Origin: a virus
Taxonomy: Duplodnaviria > Caudoviricetes
Direction: 5' to 3' (one strand)
DNA length: 64,000 bases
IMG/VR virus record: IMGVR_UViG_3300016476_000292
Location: 3,063-67,062 of that record
Every line of letters starts with the position of its first letter. Positions within the stretch are counted from its first letter, which is position 1. This document shows positions 28,215-36,767 of this stretch, one piece after another. The translations under genes were made by a program, and so were the position numbers. Under the pieces are notes generated by a model that saw only the letters and a list, made by a program, of their open reading frames with translations, had not been told where the DNA came from and did not search any database.

Positions 28215-28456
28215 CTTTTCAGGGAAGCAGCCTTCCTTGTTGGCCGCCCCTTTTCATCTTTCATCGGGCCTGGCATTCCTGACATGCGCGCGCAGAATGA
28301 CCGCTTGCGTGGCCCACCCTCCGGCTGCGGTGCCTTCAAATTGCTGCCGGTTGCCTTGTTGTACTTAGCTCGTCCCTTGGCCGTCAACCCCGCACCCTTG
28401 GATACCGGGAGTTTCTCTCCACGACCGATCGCAAGGGATGGGGTCTTCTTAGCCAT
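28202..28456 (-). CDS. Small basic conserved phage protein
   Basis: GLTAKGRAKYN..TGSNLKAPQ...RKRSFCARMSG...SLKRWKC. Confidence 0.6.
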   Translation of the reverse strand: MAKKTPSLAIGRGEKLPVSKGAGLTAKGRAKYNKATGSNLKAPQPEGGPRKRSFCARMSGMPGPMKDEKGRPTRKAASLKRWKC

Positions 28457-28718
28457 AGAACACCGTCACAGATGTGTTGACCAGCGTTACCGTCACATTC
28501 GTCGAGAACAGGATGCCATCAGCTGGGATCAGCGCATTAAACGCCTCACCGTTCGCAACCGTCTGAACAGCAAACACGTTCGTGCCGCCGTCAGCGATGG
28601 TAACGTTACCAGCACTCGATGTCGGGGCGATGATCATGCCCTTCACGCGAGTGCGGCCCTCAAATATCACACCGGACGAGCCAAGACTCTTGGCTTTTAC
28701 GTCTGTTTGTTGAGCCAT
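28449..28718 (-). CDS. Small putative capsid-associated protein
   Basis: 89 aa beta-rich, ends VTVFYG. Confidence 0.55.
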   Translation of the reverse strand: MAQQTDVKAKSLGSSGVIFEGRTRVKGMIIAPTSSAGNVTIADGGTNVFAVQTVANGEAFNALIPADGILFSTNVTVTLVNTSVTVFYG

Positions 28719-28730
28719 CTCGGCCCCCTA

Positions 28731-29204
28731 TCAGTTGTTCTGCTGACCAGACAGAGGGTCAATGACGTAGTAGGTGATGTAACCAGCAACGTCGCCGACA
28801 GCCGAGCTTGCGCTCTCAGTGGTAACGGTGAAGTTCTTGGTCGCGCTGCCAGCAGTTCCGATGCCAGCACCAGCACCCGTCGCACCAGGCGTCACAGTCT
28901 TGGCCGAAGTCGCAGCCAGAGCCGACACGTAGAACGAAGCGTTTGAAGTAGCGCCGTCGATCGTGGTGTAGCCGACATTCATCGTGCCCGAAGTCAGGCC
29001 GTTCGTGATGACCACGGACGTAACGACAGCATTAGCCGGAAGAATAACTGGGGTAGTGGAACCGGAAGCAACGACAACGTTGCCGGCAACAGCGGCGTTA
29101 GCAACATAGAACTGAGCAGCCATGATGCCAGTGCCACAGTAGGCTTGACGGGTATTGTCACCGCCGCCCGAACGCCAGATGGATTGGGTAGTAGATACAG
29201 CCAT
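28731..29204 (-). CDS. Putative capsid decoration/structural protein
   Basis: 157 aa Ala/Thr/Val-rich, first gene after the capsid module. Confidence 0.55.
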   Translation of the reverse strand: MAVSTTQSIWRSGGGDNTRQAYCGTGIMAAQFYVANAAVAGNVVVASGSTTPVILPANAVVTSVVITNGLTSGTMNVGYTTIDGATSNASFYVSALAATSAKTVTPGATGAGAGIGTAGSATKNFTVTTESASSAVGDVAGYITYYVIDPLSGQQNN

Positions 29205-29298
29205 TGAATTGTCCTCTTCATGCGAGTTAGGTGCAAGCGATCTGCATGAACGTCAGCCGGGACTGTTCGCAAGCACCGGATTTCCCGGATTTCATAGC

Positions 29299-29327
29299 CT
29301 TATACTATGAGAGGACAGGGATTGCAA
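29299..29327 (-). promoter_or_regulatory. sigma70-type promoter
   Basis: TTGCAA-17 bp-TATAAG on the minus strand. Confidence 0.6.
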
Positions 29328-29335
29328 GAGAAATT

Positions 29336-30046
29336 CTATGGCTGCGCGTAGCAAAATTTCCAGCCAGCATACCGGCCGCGAGAAATGGGATTCCCAGACT
29401 TTAGCGCACGATTGGCCGTGGGAGGTTTGATGCCAAGAGCTTCGCGCAGCGCGGCTATGCTAGGGTACACAGTCTCGCCATCAGGCCCGATCGCAATGAC
29501 AGTTCGGCTTACCTTGGCCCCGTGATCAGGACGCTTCTTGCCGTACCAGTAATTGCCCTCGCCAGATAGCGTGGCGGAGATTTTGGCCCTGACTTCCGCT
29601 GACTTTGGCTTGCCGATAAGGTGCGCTGTCTTTTTCTTGTTGGTCTCTTCAGTAAACTTCCTTCCTTTGGCCGCCATGCCAATTTTTATCTTGGCATCTT
29701 CAGTGTGTTCATACCCCCACGTTGGACTTAGCTCTCCGCCAAAACCTGTCATAGGAGCCGTGGCGTCTACGCCCAAGTTGTAGCAATACTCTTTGCCGAC
29801 ATGTTCCTTGAGCCAGACATTCTCGGCCGCCAGCAGATCAGCATCATCTGGCAATTCTTCCACGACCACAAAGACAAAAGCCTGTTCCCCGTACTTCACC
29901 CATGCCGCCTGCAAATGCCGGTTTTTATGCTTGCCGGTGCGCAGCTCTGAGAAATGGCGTGTCTTACGCCGCTTTAAGTCTACCGCGCTGCCGACATAGA
30001 ACTTGTTGTTGACCACATTGATGATCTTATAGATTCCGCGAGCCAT
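29336..30046 (-). CDS. Free-standing GIY-YIG homing endonuclease with NUMOD3-type DNA-binding repeats
   Basis: MARGIYKIINVVNNKFYVGSA...; HTEDAKIKIG and KSAEVRAKISATL repeats; ATG 30046 preceded by GGAGG. Confidence 0.9.
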   Translation of the reverse strand: MARGIYKIINVVNNKFYVGSAVDLKRRKTRHFSELRTGKHKNRHLQAAWVKYGEQAFVFVVVEELPDDADLLAAENVWLKEHVGKEYCYNLGVDATAPMTGFGGELSPTWGYEHTEDAKIKIGMAAKGRKFTEETNKKKTAHLIGKPKSAEVRAKISATLSGEGNYWYGKKRPDHGAKVSRTVIAIGPDGETVYPSIAALREALGIKPPTANRALKSGNPISRGRYAGWKFCYAQP

Positions 30047-30072
30047 ATACCCTCCTTGGTTGTGACACCTGA

Positions 30073-30101
30073 AGTGTACCTGAACTAAACCAATAACGCA
30101 A
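30073..30101 (-). promoter_or_regulatory. sigma70-type promoter for the GIY-YIG gene
   Basis: TTGCGT-17 bp-TACACT immediately downstream of the capsid terminator. Confidence 0.6.
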
Positions 30102-30105
30102 GAGG

Positions 30106-30133
30106 AAATAAAAGAGGGAGCCGAAGCTCCCTC
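30106..30133 (-). terminator. Intrinsic terminator after the major capsid gene
   Basis: GAGGGAGC-TTCG-GCTCCCTC followed by TTTTATTT. Confidence 0.85.
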
Positions 30134-30161
30134 AAATACCGCATGTTTACTAGCTTTTGGC

Positions 30162-31070
30162 TTAAGCGCCTTGGCTTGCAAACATTCCGAGCGGATCCGA
30201 CCATCCAAAGGAATATCGCTCGCGCGCTTTGTAACGGACATTACCGGTGTCAAAGTCACCATCCATGCTATTTTGCAAAGGAATACGAACAAAGTGCTTC
30301 ATGCCGTTGGGAACGTCAGTGGTCAGGAACCATGCGTTCGTGTCGGTCAGGAAGTGGTTGATCGTATAGCCTTCCGGGATGGAACCGTTGTTAACGATCG
30401 CGTTCACGTCGTTGTCATTGGTGCCCGGACGCAGCTGGGTTTCCAGCAGACGGGTGGCTACGAACTGAAGTGCCGGGGGCACAATCAGCTTGCGGGGACG
30501 AGCGGCGATCAGCAGACCACGTTCGTCAGTCCAACCTGCGATCTGGATGACTGCGTTTTCAAGCGCGGTCTCAGACAGGTCAACCTGGGTCGTCGGGGTG
30601 TTGCTGTTGGTGCCGCCGCTTACCAGCGGGTGAGCGGTCGAGAACAGAGCCACGCCATCACCACCTGGGTAGTTAGACGAGAAGCCGTTGTTCAGGACTG
30701 CTGCTGCTTTGACCTGCTTGGTGTACGCCATCGCACGAGCGAGCGCCTTGGTGTAACGAGCCGACAGCGAGTCATAGAGGTTGTCCTCGATGGCCTCTTC
30801 GGTCAGGCTGAAACCCAGAGCGATAGTCTCGTGGTTGTAGCGTGCAGTCCAAGCTTCTTGGCCGTTGTCGTAGCGAATTGCCGAACCTTCGTTCTTGACC
30901 GGTGCTGCCGAGAAGCCGGACAGCTTGGTCTCTTCTTCGAACGAACGCTCAGAGGTCTCGGTCTCGTAGATCTCTTTGTGCTCTTCGCCGTAACGGTCGT
31001 ACTCCATGCCAAACAGGGCGTTAAGGCCAGGCAGGAGCTCTTTCAGTAGTTGTGCGCGTGAAATAGCCAT
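30162..31070 (-). CDS. Major capsid protein
   Basis: 302 aa, MAISRAQLLKELLPGLNALFG...FSAAPVKNEG...DFDTGNVRYKARERYSFGWSDP; follows scaffold genes and precedes a strong terminator. Confidence 0.9.
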   Translation of the reverse strand: MAISRAQLLKELLPGLNALFGMEYDRYGEEHKEIYETETSERSFEEETKLSGFSAAPVKNEGSAIRYDNGQEAWTARYNHETIALGFSLTEEAIEDNLYDSLSARYTKALARAMAYTKQVKAAAVLNNGFSSNYPGGDGVALFSTAHPLVSGGTNSNTPTTQVDLSETALENAVIQIAGWTDERGLLIAARPRKLIVPPALQFVATRLLETQLRPGTNDNDVNAIVNNGSIPEGYTINHFLTDTNAWFLTTDVPNGMKHFVRIPLQNSMDGDFDTGNVRYKARERYSFGWSDPLGMFASQGA

Positions 31071-31080
31071 GTCTTACTCC

Positions 31081-31737
31081 TTAAACGCCAGTCGGGTTCA
31101 GATACGCATGACCACCAGTCACCGTCGAGGTAACAGTGTTCGAGGTATTCGTGAACGTCGAAACAATGTAGGGCGCGTTGAATTTGCAGATGAACTCGCA
31201 ATAGCCATTAGCGCTATTCGAGGTGTCAGGAACAATGTCCACAATGCGGATCGGCAGCGATGCAGTGGTGGCGAACGAAGCGCCATTCAGTGCAACTGCT
31301 GAGTCGCCAGTGGTGTTCGAGCCGGCATTCTGAACCAGCGCAGCGTTCAGGCCGACTTGCTCCGAGCTATAGAAAGCAACGGTAGTGCCGGACGAAACAG
31401 CAGCCATCTTGAACAGAACGTCGGGATCATCCACAACGTAAGCTTGGATATCAGGCGCAGCTGTGCCACCAGCGTAATACTGGTAGTTCAGCTTTTGCTG
31501 AGTGGACGGGTTCGTGTAAGTGCAACCCAGGAAGATGCCAACCGGTGTCGCGGTCGAAGTACCAGTATCCTTGACGATAGTGCCGTCAGAATTCATCTTG
31601 ACCACATCGCCGTAGTAAATGCTGGTAGCGTAGCCACTAGCAATACGGAACAGGCGAGTTGAACCGGCGTACACCTGACCGCCGATCAGATTGACCGGCT
31701 GAAGCCCGTAGGGCTTCGATACAGTAGGATAAGCCAT
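31081..31737 (-). CDS. Capsid cement/decoration-like protein
   Basis: 218 aa, PYGLQPV...IYYGDVV...GIFLGC.Y...AYVVDDPDVLF, directly upstream of the MCP. Confidence 0.65.
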   Translation of the reverse strand: MAYPTVSKPYGLQPVNLIGGQVYAGSTRLFRIASGYATSIYYGDVVKMNSDGTIVKDTGTSTATPVGIFLGCTYTNPSTQQKLNYQYYAGGTAAPDIQAYVVDDPDVLFKMAAVSSGTTVAFYSSEQVGLNAALVQNAGSNTTGDSAVALNGASFATTASLPIRIVDIVPDTSNSANGYCEFICKFNAPYIVSTFTNTSNTVTSTVTGGHAYLNPTGV

Positions 31738-31753
31738 CGTTTACTCCAAAAAG

Positions 31754-32203
31754 TTAACTACCACTGCCCCTTGAAGTCGATGAACTCGACTCCTTAAACA
31801 GCGGCATACGTGGGTCATTTTGACGCATAAGATTGTTGTCCACAGCCTTGATTTGTTGCTCGGATTGTTGCAGGTAATGCTGATTACGCTGCTCCGCGAA
31901 CTCTTCAGGCGTCTTGCACAACAATACGTCGCCGACTTGTACGCAATCTTTCCAGCGTCCTTCGCCGTTGACTAGCAGTTGATATTGCGGCTGCTCTTCG
32001 ATCTTGACTGGCTCCCAACCTTCTCGGATTTTGATCGAGATGTTGCGTGCATCAGTCTGACCGCCAAGCGTCACGCGGATCCAACGGTACTTGTAGCCGG
32101 GCTGCTTATCTGGTTCTGGCAGAAGCTCTGGAGGCATCCACTGCTTGGGACGCTCCGCCTGGGCACGAGTCTCAATATTGCGAGGGGTACGGTTTTCAGC
32201 CAT
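31754..32203 (-). CDS. Conserved head-module protein
   Basis: ATG 32203; PGYKYRWIR...REGWEPV...GDVLLCKTP. Confidence 0.6.
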   Translation of the reverse strand: MAENRTPRNIETRAQAERPKQWMPPELLPEPDKQPGYKYRWIRVTLGGQTDARNISIKIREGWEPVKIEEQPQYQLLVNGEGRWKDCVQVGDVLLCKTPEEFAEQRNQHYLQQSEQQIKAVDNNLMRQNDPRMPLFKESSSSTSRGSGS

Positions 32204-33146
32204 TTCGTTTCTCCAATTTTTGCATTTCCTGTACGTATTTCTCCAGCGGCACGCCAAGTTTTTTGGCCATGGCGACTGCTGACTGCTTCACCGTGATCTT
32301 TTTAGATCCAGTGCTGCGAGTTGCCGGAGCCACGACAGGTGGAGCTTTCTCACGCTGGGGTTTTGTGTCCTGCGCATCAGCATCATCCCGTTGCTCAAAA
32401 TACTCTGGGAACCGACGACGCATCGTGTCATCGACCTTCTTCCAGTATTCATCAGTCGAGGGGTACGAAGTCCCGTACTGACTGACCAGCTTTTGGTGCA
32501 AGCCCAGAGCCAAACTGGTCATCTCCTCGTCCTTACCGAACCATTCGTTGCGCTCTTGCCACGCAACTGCCCTCTGGTCAGGACGAGACACTGGAATTTG
32601 TTGCGGTTGTACATCAACTTCTTCTTGTTGTCTAGCCGGAACAAAATCTTCCGCCTTTTGCAACTTGAACTGCGCCTTGTTTAGCCGCTCCTGCGCCGCC
32701 AGAAGCAGGTCAGAATCCCCTAGATCATAGGCATCCTTGTACTCCTTCTTGGCTGCCTCCAGCTCCAGCTCGGCCGCAGTCTTGGCTGTCTCAGCATAAA
32801 CTTGCTCACCTTGGGTCAGCCGGCCCTTCAGCGCTTTGTTCTCTTCAATCAGCCGCTGGGCGTAGGCCAAAGCCTCTTGCTGCTCACGCAAGGCCCGCTC
32901 TTTCTCCCGGCGCTCGTCGTGCCACACCTTCTTCATCTGTTTTAGGCGAGTCTTGACGTTCTCCGAGTAGTCCTCAAGCTCGTCAGTTTCCAGCTCTTCC
33001 ACAATCTCCTTTGGCATCGGTTTCTTGTCCCGATCCTCCGGCGGCGTGTCATCTTCTATCTCGAACTCAAAATCCTCGGCTTCACCCTTCGGCTCGTCTA
33101 CCTCATCCGGGAACTTGAATTCATCAGCATCCATCTTGTTTGCCAT
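32196..33146 (-). CDS. Capsid scaffolding protein
   Basis: Acidic coiled-coil 316 aa; AVAWQERNEWFG...; C-terminal AMAKKLGVPLEKY; located between portal and MCP. Confidence 0.7.
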   Translation of the reverse strand: MANKMDADEFKFPDEVDEPKGEAEDFEFEIEDDTPPEDRDKKPMPKEIVEELETDELEDYSENVKTRLKQMKKVWHDERREKERALREQQEALAYAQRLIEENKALKGRLTQGEQVYAETAKTAAELELEAAKKEYKDAYDLGDSDLLLAAQERLNKAQFKLQKAEDFVPARQQEEVDVQPQQIPVSRPDQRAVAWQERNEWFGKDEEMTSLALGLHQKLVSQYGTSYPSTDEYWKKVDDTMRRRFPEYFEQRDDADAQDTKPQREKAPPVVAPATRSTGSKKITVKQSAVAMAKKLGVPLEKYVQEMQKLEKRNG

Positions 33147-33160
33147 TTGTTTCTCCTTTG

Positions 33161-33709
33161 TTAACAGTCGAACCTATTTCCTTTGGAACGGTTCTCCCGT
33201 ATCGGCAGCACCTGTAAATTTTCCGGCACATGCAATCCAGATACTTTTTTGCCATTTAGGGGGATTTTGTGATCCACCTCAAAGCCTTTGAATATCTGAC
33301 AAAACATGTACATGCCGTCAATTTCTGCCTGATGACCCGCCGTTAATTGCTGTTGCCCCCTGATGCGACCTTGCCTACGACGCACCCTTTCAATTTCACG
33401 AGAACTATTTGCGGCATAATTTTTTCTCCGCAATTCCAACCAATGCTCATGGTTTGTTTTTTGCCATTCCATAGCTTTTTTGGAATAGTACTCACGCTTT
33501 TTTTTCATTGAAGCTACAGATCTGGCGTTGCAAATTTCTCTGTTTGCTTCTCTGTACTTGGTAGCCACAGCTTTGCGGTTAGGGCTATTCCTCTGCATTT
33601 CTGCTTTGCACATCTTGCAATAAACTTGATACCCAGTAGCCGCTCTCCGGTCTTTATGAAAGTCGGATACTAGTTTTTCAGTTTTGCAATTTGAACAAAA
33701 CTTATGCAC
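33161..33709 (-). CDS. Free-standing HNH homing endonuclease with N-terminal CxxC..CxxC
   Basis: FEVDHKIPLNGKKVSGLHVPENLQVLPIREN; AT-rich; paralogous to 24993-25496. Confidence 0.85.
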   Translation of the reverse strand: MHKFCSNCKTEKLVSDFHKDRRAATGYQVYCKMCKAEMQRNSPNRKAVATKYREANREICNARSVASMKKKREYYSKKAMEWQKTNHEHWLELRRKNYAANSSREIERVRRRQGRIRGQQQLTAGHQAEIDGMYMFCQIFKGFEVDHKIPLNGKKVSGLHVPENLQVLPIRENRSKGNRFDC

Positions 33710-34103
33710 GGCTTATGCCCCTTGGGTCTTGCACCACTGCCTCCACGCAATCGTCGTTTATCAAGCGGAATTCACGGCCATGGATCTTTAGTCGGGTGCC
33801 GGTGTTAGGGCGGGCGAGAATGAAATCCCCTTCCTTGCACCATGGGCCGTTGGGAAACCGCTTTTCATCTTTGTAGCAGTCTGGGCCCATCTTAATTACG
33901 AAGAAAACCGTTGCCAGTACTTGCTCATGGTGGATGGTTGTATCCGCCTTGATCAGCCCGCTGTCAAACTTGTCCTCGATCTCCGGCAAACCTACCAGGA
34001 TGTGATACCCGGTCGGCTCCGGCAATTGCCTTGCCTTTTCCTCCGCTGTTTCTGGCAGCGTTGAAACTTCGCCATCTTGGCTGGCGATCAAAAACTCACT
34101 CAT
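33702..34103 (-). CDS. groES: GroES-like co-chaperonin
   Basis: PEPTGYHILV...SGLI...VIKMGPD...KEGDFIL...EFRLINDDCVEAVV; ATG 34103. Confidence 0.75.
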   Translation of the reverse strand: MSEFLIASQDGEVSTLPETAEEKARQLPEPTGYHILVGLPEIEDKFDSGLIKADTTIHHEQVLATVFFVIKMGPDCYKDEKRFPNGPWCKEGDFILARPNTGTRLKIHGREFRLINDDCVEAVVQDPRGISRA

Positions 34104-34287
34104 CAGAAAACTCCAGTTTTTTTGCGAGGTCAAGAATGAAGCCCTCTGCCAGGGATAAGCCTCGTATCTCCCCGCAAAGTTTTTGGTACTCTGAATAGTC
34201 CTTGGCCGCGTTGTTGGACACGGCCTCCACTATCTGTTCACGCTTGTCGCGTAGCTGTTTGAGCAGTACTTCAAGCGTCTTGTCCAT
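34096..34287 (-). CDS. Small conserved protein between portal and GroES
   Basis: 63 aa, DYSEYQKLCGEIRGL. Confidence 0.6.
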   Translation of the reverse strand: MDKTLEVLLKQLRDKREQIVEAVSNNAAKDYSEYQKLCGEIRGLSLAEGFILDLAKKLEFSDE

Positions 34288-34289
34288 AC

Positions 34290-36761
34290 TTAATCCTTCT
34301 TAGGTTTTGACTTCGGTTGTGGACGAAGCATCTCCATGCGATCTTTGGCAATCCTGCTGCCAACCTCGATGCCTTTGATTTCCATCTCCGCATCCAAGCG
34401 GGACTTTTCGGACGCTGCCTTGACGCCTGCTTGTAGGCCGGCAATACGTTCCTGTGCTTCGATCCGGGCTTTCTCGATCTCGATTTGATCTGCTTTTGCC
34501 GCAGCATCCATCGCAATCTTCTGCTTCTTGATCTGCACTTCTTCCGCTTTGAGCTGGAGCTCTTGCTGCTGCATCTGCACCAGCGGGTCTTGAGCCGCCT
34601 GTTGTGCTTGCTGCTGCGCTGCCTCCGCCTGATCTTTCTGCAACAGCTTCGTGGCAGCCATTGCCATCATGCGAGACACCTCGACCTCCATTTCTTCGGG
34701 CAACTGCTTGTCCATATCCGGCAGCGGTACTCCAAGCTGCTTCTCGATCTCGATGCGGTATTGGAAAGCGATGTGCTCGTTGATGTGCGCCATGGCAGCA
34801 GCCATGATCATCTGTGCCTTCGGGTTTTGGCCAACAAGCGCAGCGATCTTCGGATCCTGCATAGCTGCTCTATGGACAGTAATGTGCGCCTCGTGATCCT
34901 GGTAAATGAAAGCCTTCACGGGTTTGCCGTTCAGGATATTCATGTTCTCGGACACTGGGTCTTTCGGCTTCTGATCTTCCGCACTGGGAACCAGCTTGCC
35001 GATATTCTTGATGCCCAATACTTCGAGCATCTGTCGGTTCAGCTCAACCTGATCGTAGATCTGCGGGTTTGCCTGCGCCATCTGCATCACAGCTTGATAC
35101 TGCACCACCTTCTGCGCCATCGTGGCCGAGTTTGGATCGGACACTGGGATGACATCTACATCGTCGTAGTCTGACTTCTTCGCGCGCGGCGTGCCCTCAA
35201 CCGGCATGTAGTCGTACTCATCCGGCGTGTAGTCACGGATGATGTCTTTCAGCAGCTTCAACTCTTGCTTCATCGCGTAGTGGATACGCGCCTGCACTGC
35301 TGACATAACCTTCAGCGTGCGCTCAAGAATTGCCAGCGTTGTGCCAACAGGAGAATTGGCCGACATGTCTGCGATCTTGAGGTCAGCAGCCGCAGCAAAA
35401 CGACGGCCTTCCTCAACGATCTGATTCATCAATCCAAGGAGGACTTGGCTTGGCTCTTTGTACGGGAGAGGGAGGATATTGTCCCGGATTGTTCCAGCCG
35501 CGACGTCCACATCTCGGAACTCGCCGGGAGCAATTGGAGTGTCGTCACCCTTGACTCGCATCCCCTTAGTCTTAAGACCGCCCGGCAGGTTTGATAAAGT
35601 GCCAGCATCAACAAGCTGACGAATAATAGAAGTACCAGACTTAGCAAAAGCACCAATAAGGTGGATAAGACCGAAGGCATAGAAACCAAAGCCTGGAATG
35701 TATGGGTAGTGAACAAAGTGATTCCTCTTTTGGTACGACTCATCTTCTGGCCGCCAGTTTCTTCGAATGGCCAGAATTTCTTTTGATGTCTTCTCGATGG
35801 TAACGATGTACGGCAAGCCAATACCAGTCGGTTCATCGTCATCATCCTTATCTTCATATCCAGGCAGATCCAGATATACCTGCATCTCCAACAGTTTGTA
35901 TCGATCGTCCGTGGTTGCACGAAAACCCATCTTCTCTGCAATCTCTCGCTCAATATCGTCCAGCGAGTTCTCAGGATCCGGCAGATCAATGTCGCGATAG
36001 AAACCGGCAACCATCAGCTTTCTCAACTCATTCTTGGTCTTGCGCATAACATGCGTCACACGCGGCGTAGACTCAAGATTGCTCGCGCCATAAGGAACAA
36101 CTACATCCTCTGCCGGCACAAACACTGACACCTGACGGCCAAGCGCAGGATCGTAGTACACCTTTTTGAACGCATTGCCCGCCAAGCCCAAACCCCACAA
36201 CATGCGCTCATGTTCCGGACGGTATTCAGTCATGACTTCCGTCAGCTGATAGTTCATGTCCTCACGAACCCGCTCGGCAGAGTCGCGTTTCTGCGGAGTT
36301 TCCTTGCCGATGATCTTTGTCTTGACTGGGCCGCCAGCCGGAAACGTTTCCATGATCGTTTCAGCCTGAAACTTCACCAGCGCCTCCGACAGCAGCGGGT
36401 GATACACGCCGCACGCGCCTTCCCATGGCTCCGATCGCTCCTCTATCTTCATGCCAAGCAGCTCAAGGCCGTCAACATAAGTCTTCATCCAGTCCTTGCG
36501 GGAGTCAATGTCGTCCTGAAAGTCGCCCAACAGATCGCCGGCCAAGCTTTGTAGCTCGCCTTCGTCCATCTCCTCGGCCAGATTGGCGTTGAAGTCATCT
36601 TGCTTCTCGCCCATCTCCATGCCGATCTGTAAATCCCCAATCCCGATCGAAACCGCTTCCGGATCCTCGATCTCAATCTCAATCGGCTCCGCATCCATCA
36701 GGTCTTCGTCCATCCCAACAGGAAGTTGGTACAAAGCCTTATCAATATTTGTGGCCATCAT
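34290..36761 (-). CDS. Portal protein
   Basis: 823 aa following TerL; WEGACGVYHPLL.EA.VKFQA...YIPGFGFYAFGLIHLIG; long C-terminal Gln-rich barrel. Confidence 0.85.
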   Translation of the reverse strand: MMATNIDKALYQLPVGMDEDLMDAEPIEIEIEDPEAVSIGIGDLQIGMEMGEKQDDFNANLAEEMDEGELQSLAGDLLGDFQDDIDSRKDWMKTYVDGLELLGMKIEERSEPWEGACGVYHPLLSEALVKFQAETIMETFPAGGPVKTKIIGKETPQKRDSAERVREDMNYQLTEVMTEYRPEHERMLWGLGLAGNAFKKVYYDPALGRQVSVFVPAEDVVVPYGASNLESTPRVTHVMRKTKNELRKLMVAGFYRDIDLPDPENSLDDIEREIAEKMGFRATTDDRYKLLEMQVYLDLPGYEDKDDDDEPTGIGLPYIVTIEKTSKEILAIRRNWRPEDESYQKRNHFVHYPYIPGFGFYAFGLIHLIGAFAKSGTSIIRQLVDAGTLSNLPGGLKTKGMRVKGDDTPIAPGEFRDVDVAAGTIRDNILPLPYKEPSQVLLGLMNQIVEEGRRFAAAADLKIADMSANSPVGTTLAILERTLKVMSAVQARIHYAMKQELKLLKDIIRDYTPDEYDYMPVEGTPRAKKSDYDDVDVIPVSDPNSATMAQKVVQYQAVMQMAQANPQIYDQVELNRQMLEVLGIKNIGKLVPSAEDQKPKDPVSENMNILNGKPVKAFIYQDHEAHITVHRAAMQDPKIAALVGQNPKAQMIMAAAMAHINEHIAFQYRIEIEKQLGVPLPDMDKQLPEEMEVEVSRMMAMAATKLLQKDQAEAAQQQAQQAAQDPLVQMQQQELQLKAEEVQIKKQKIAMDAAAKADQIEIEKARIEAQERIAGLQAGVKAASEKSRLDAEMEIKGIEVGSRIAKDRMEMLRPQPKSKPKKD

Positions 36762-36767
36762 TCATCC

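Noticed and set aside
30047-30292. N-terminal extension of the GIY-YIG ORF in the track
   Set aside because: It overlaps the MCP 3' end, terminator and promoter; the real start is ATG 30046 with GGAGG.
30171-31049. 292-aa + strand ORF
   Set aside because: Antisense shadow of the major capsid gene; no motifs.
34271-34516. Overlapping ORF at the portal 3' end as a second overprinted gene
   Set aside because: No recognisable motif or RBS, unlike the Endo VII case; typical off-frame opening in Gln/Ala-rich DNA.
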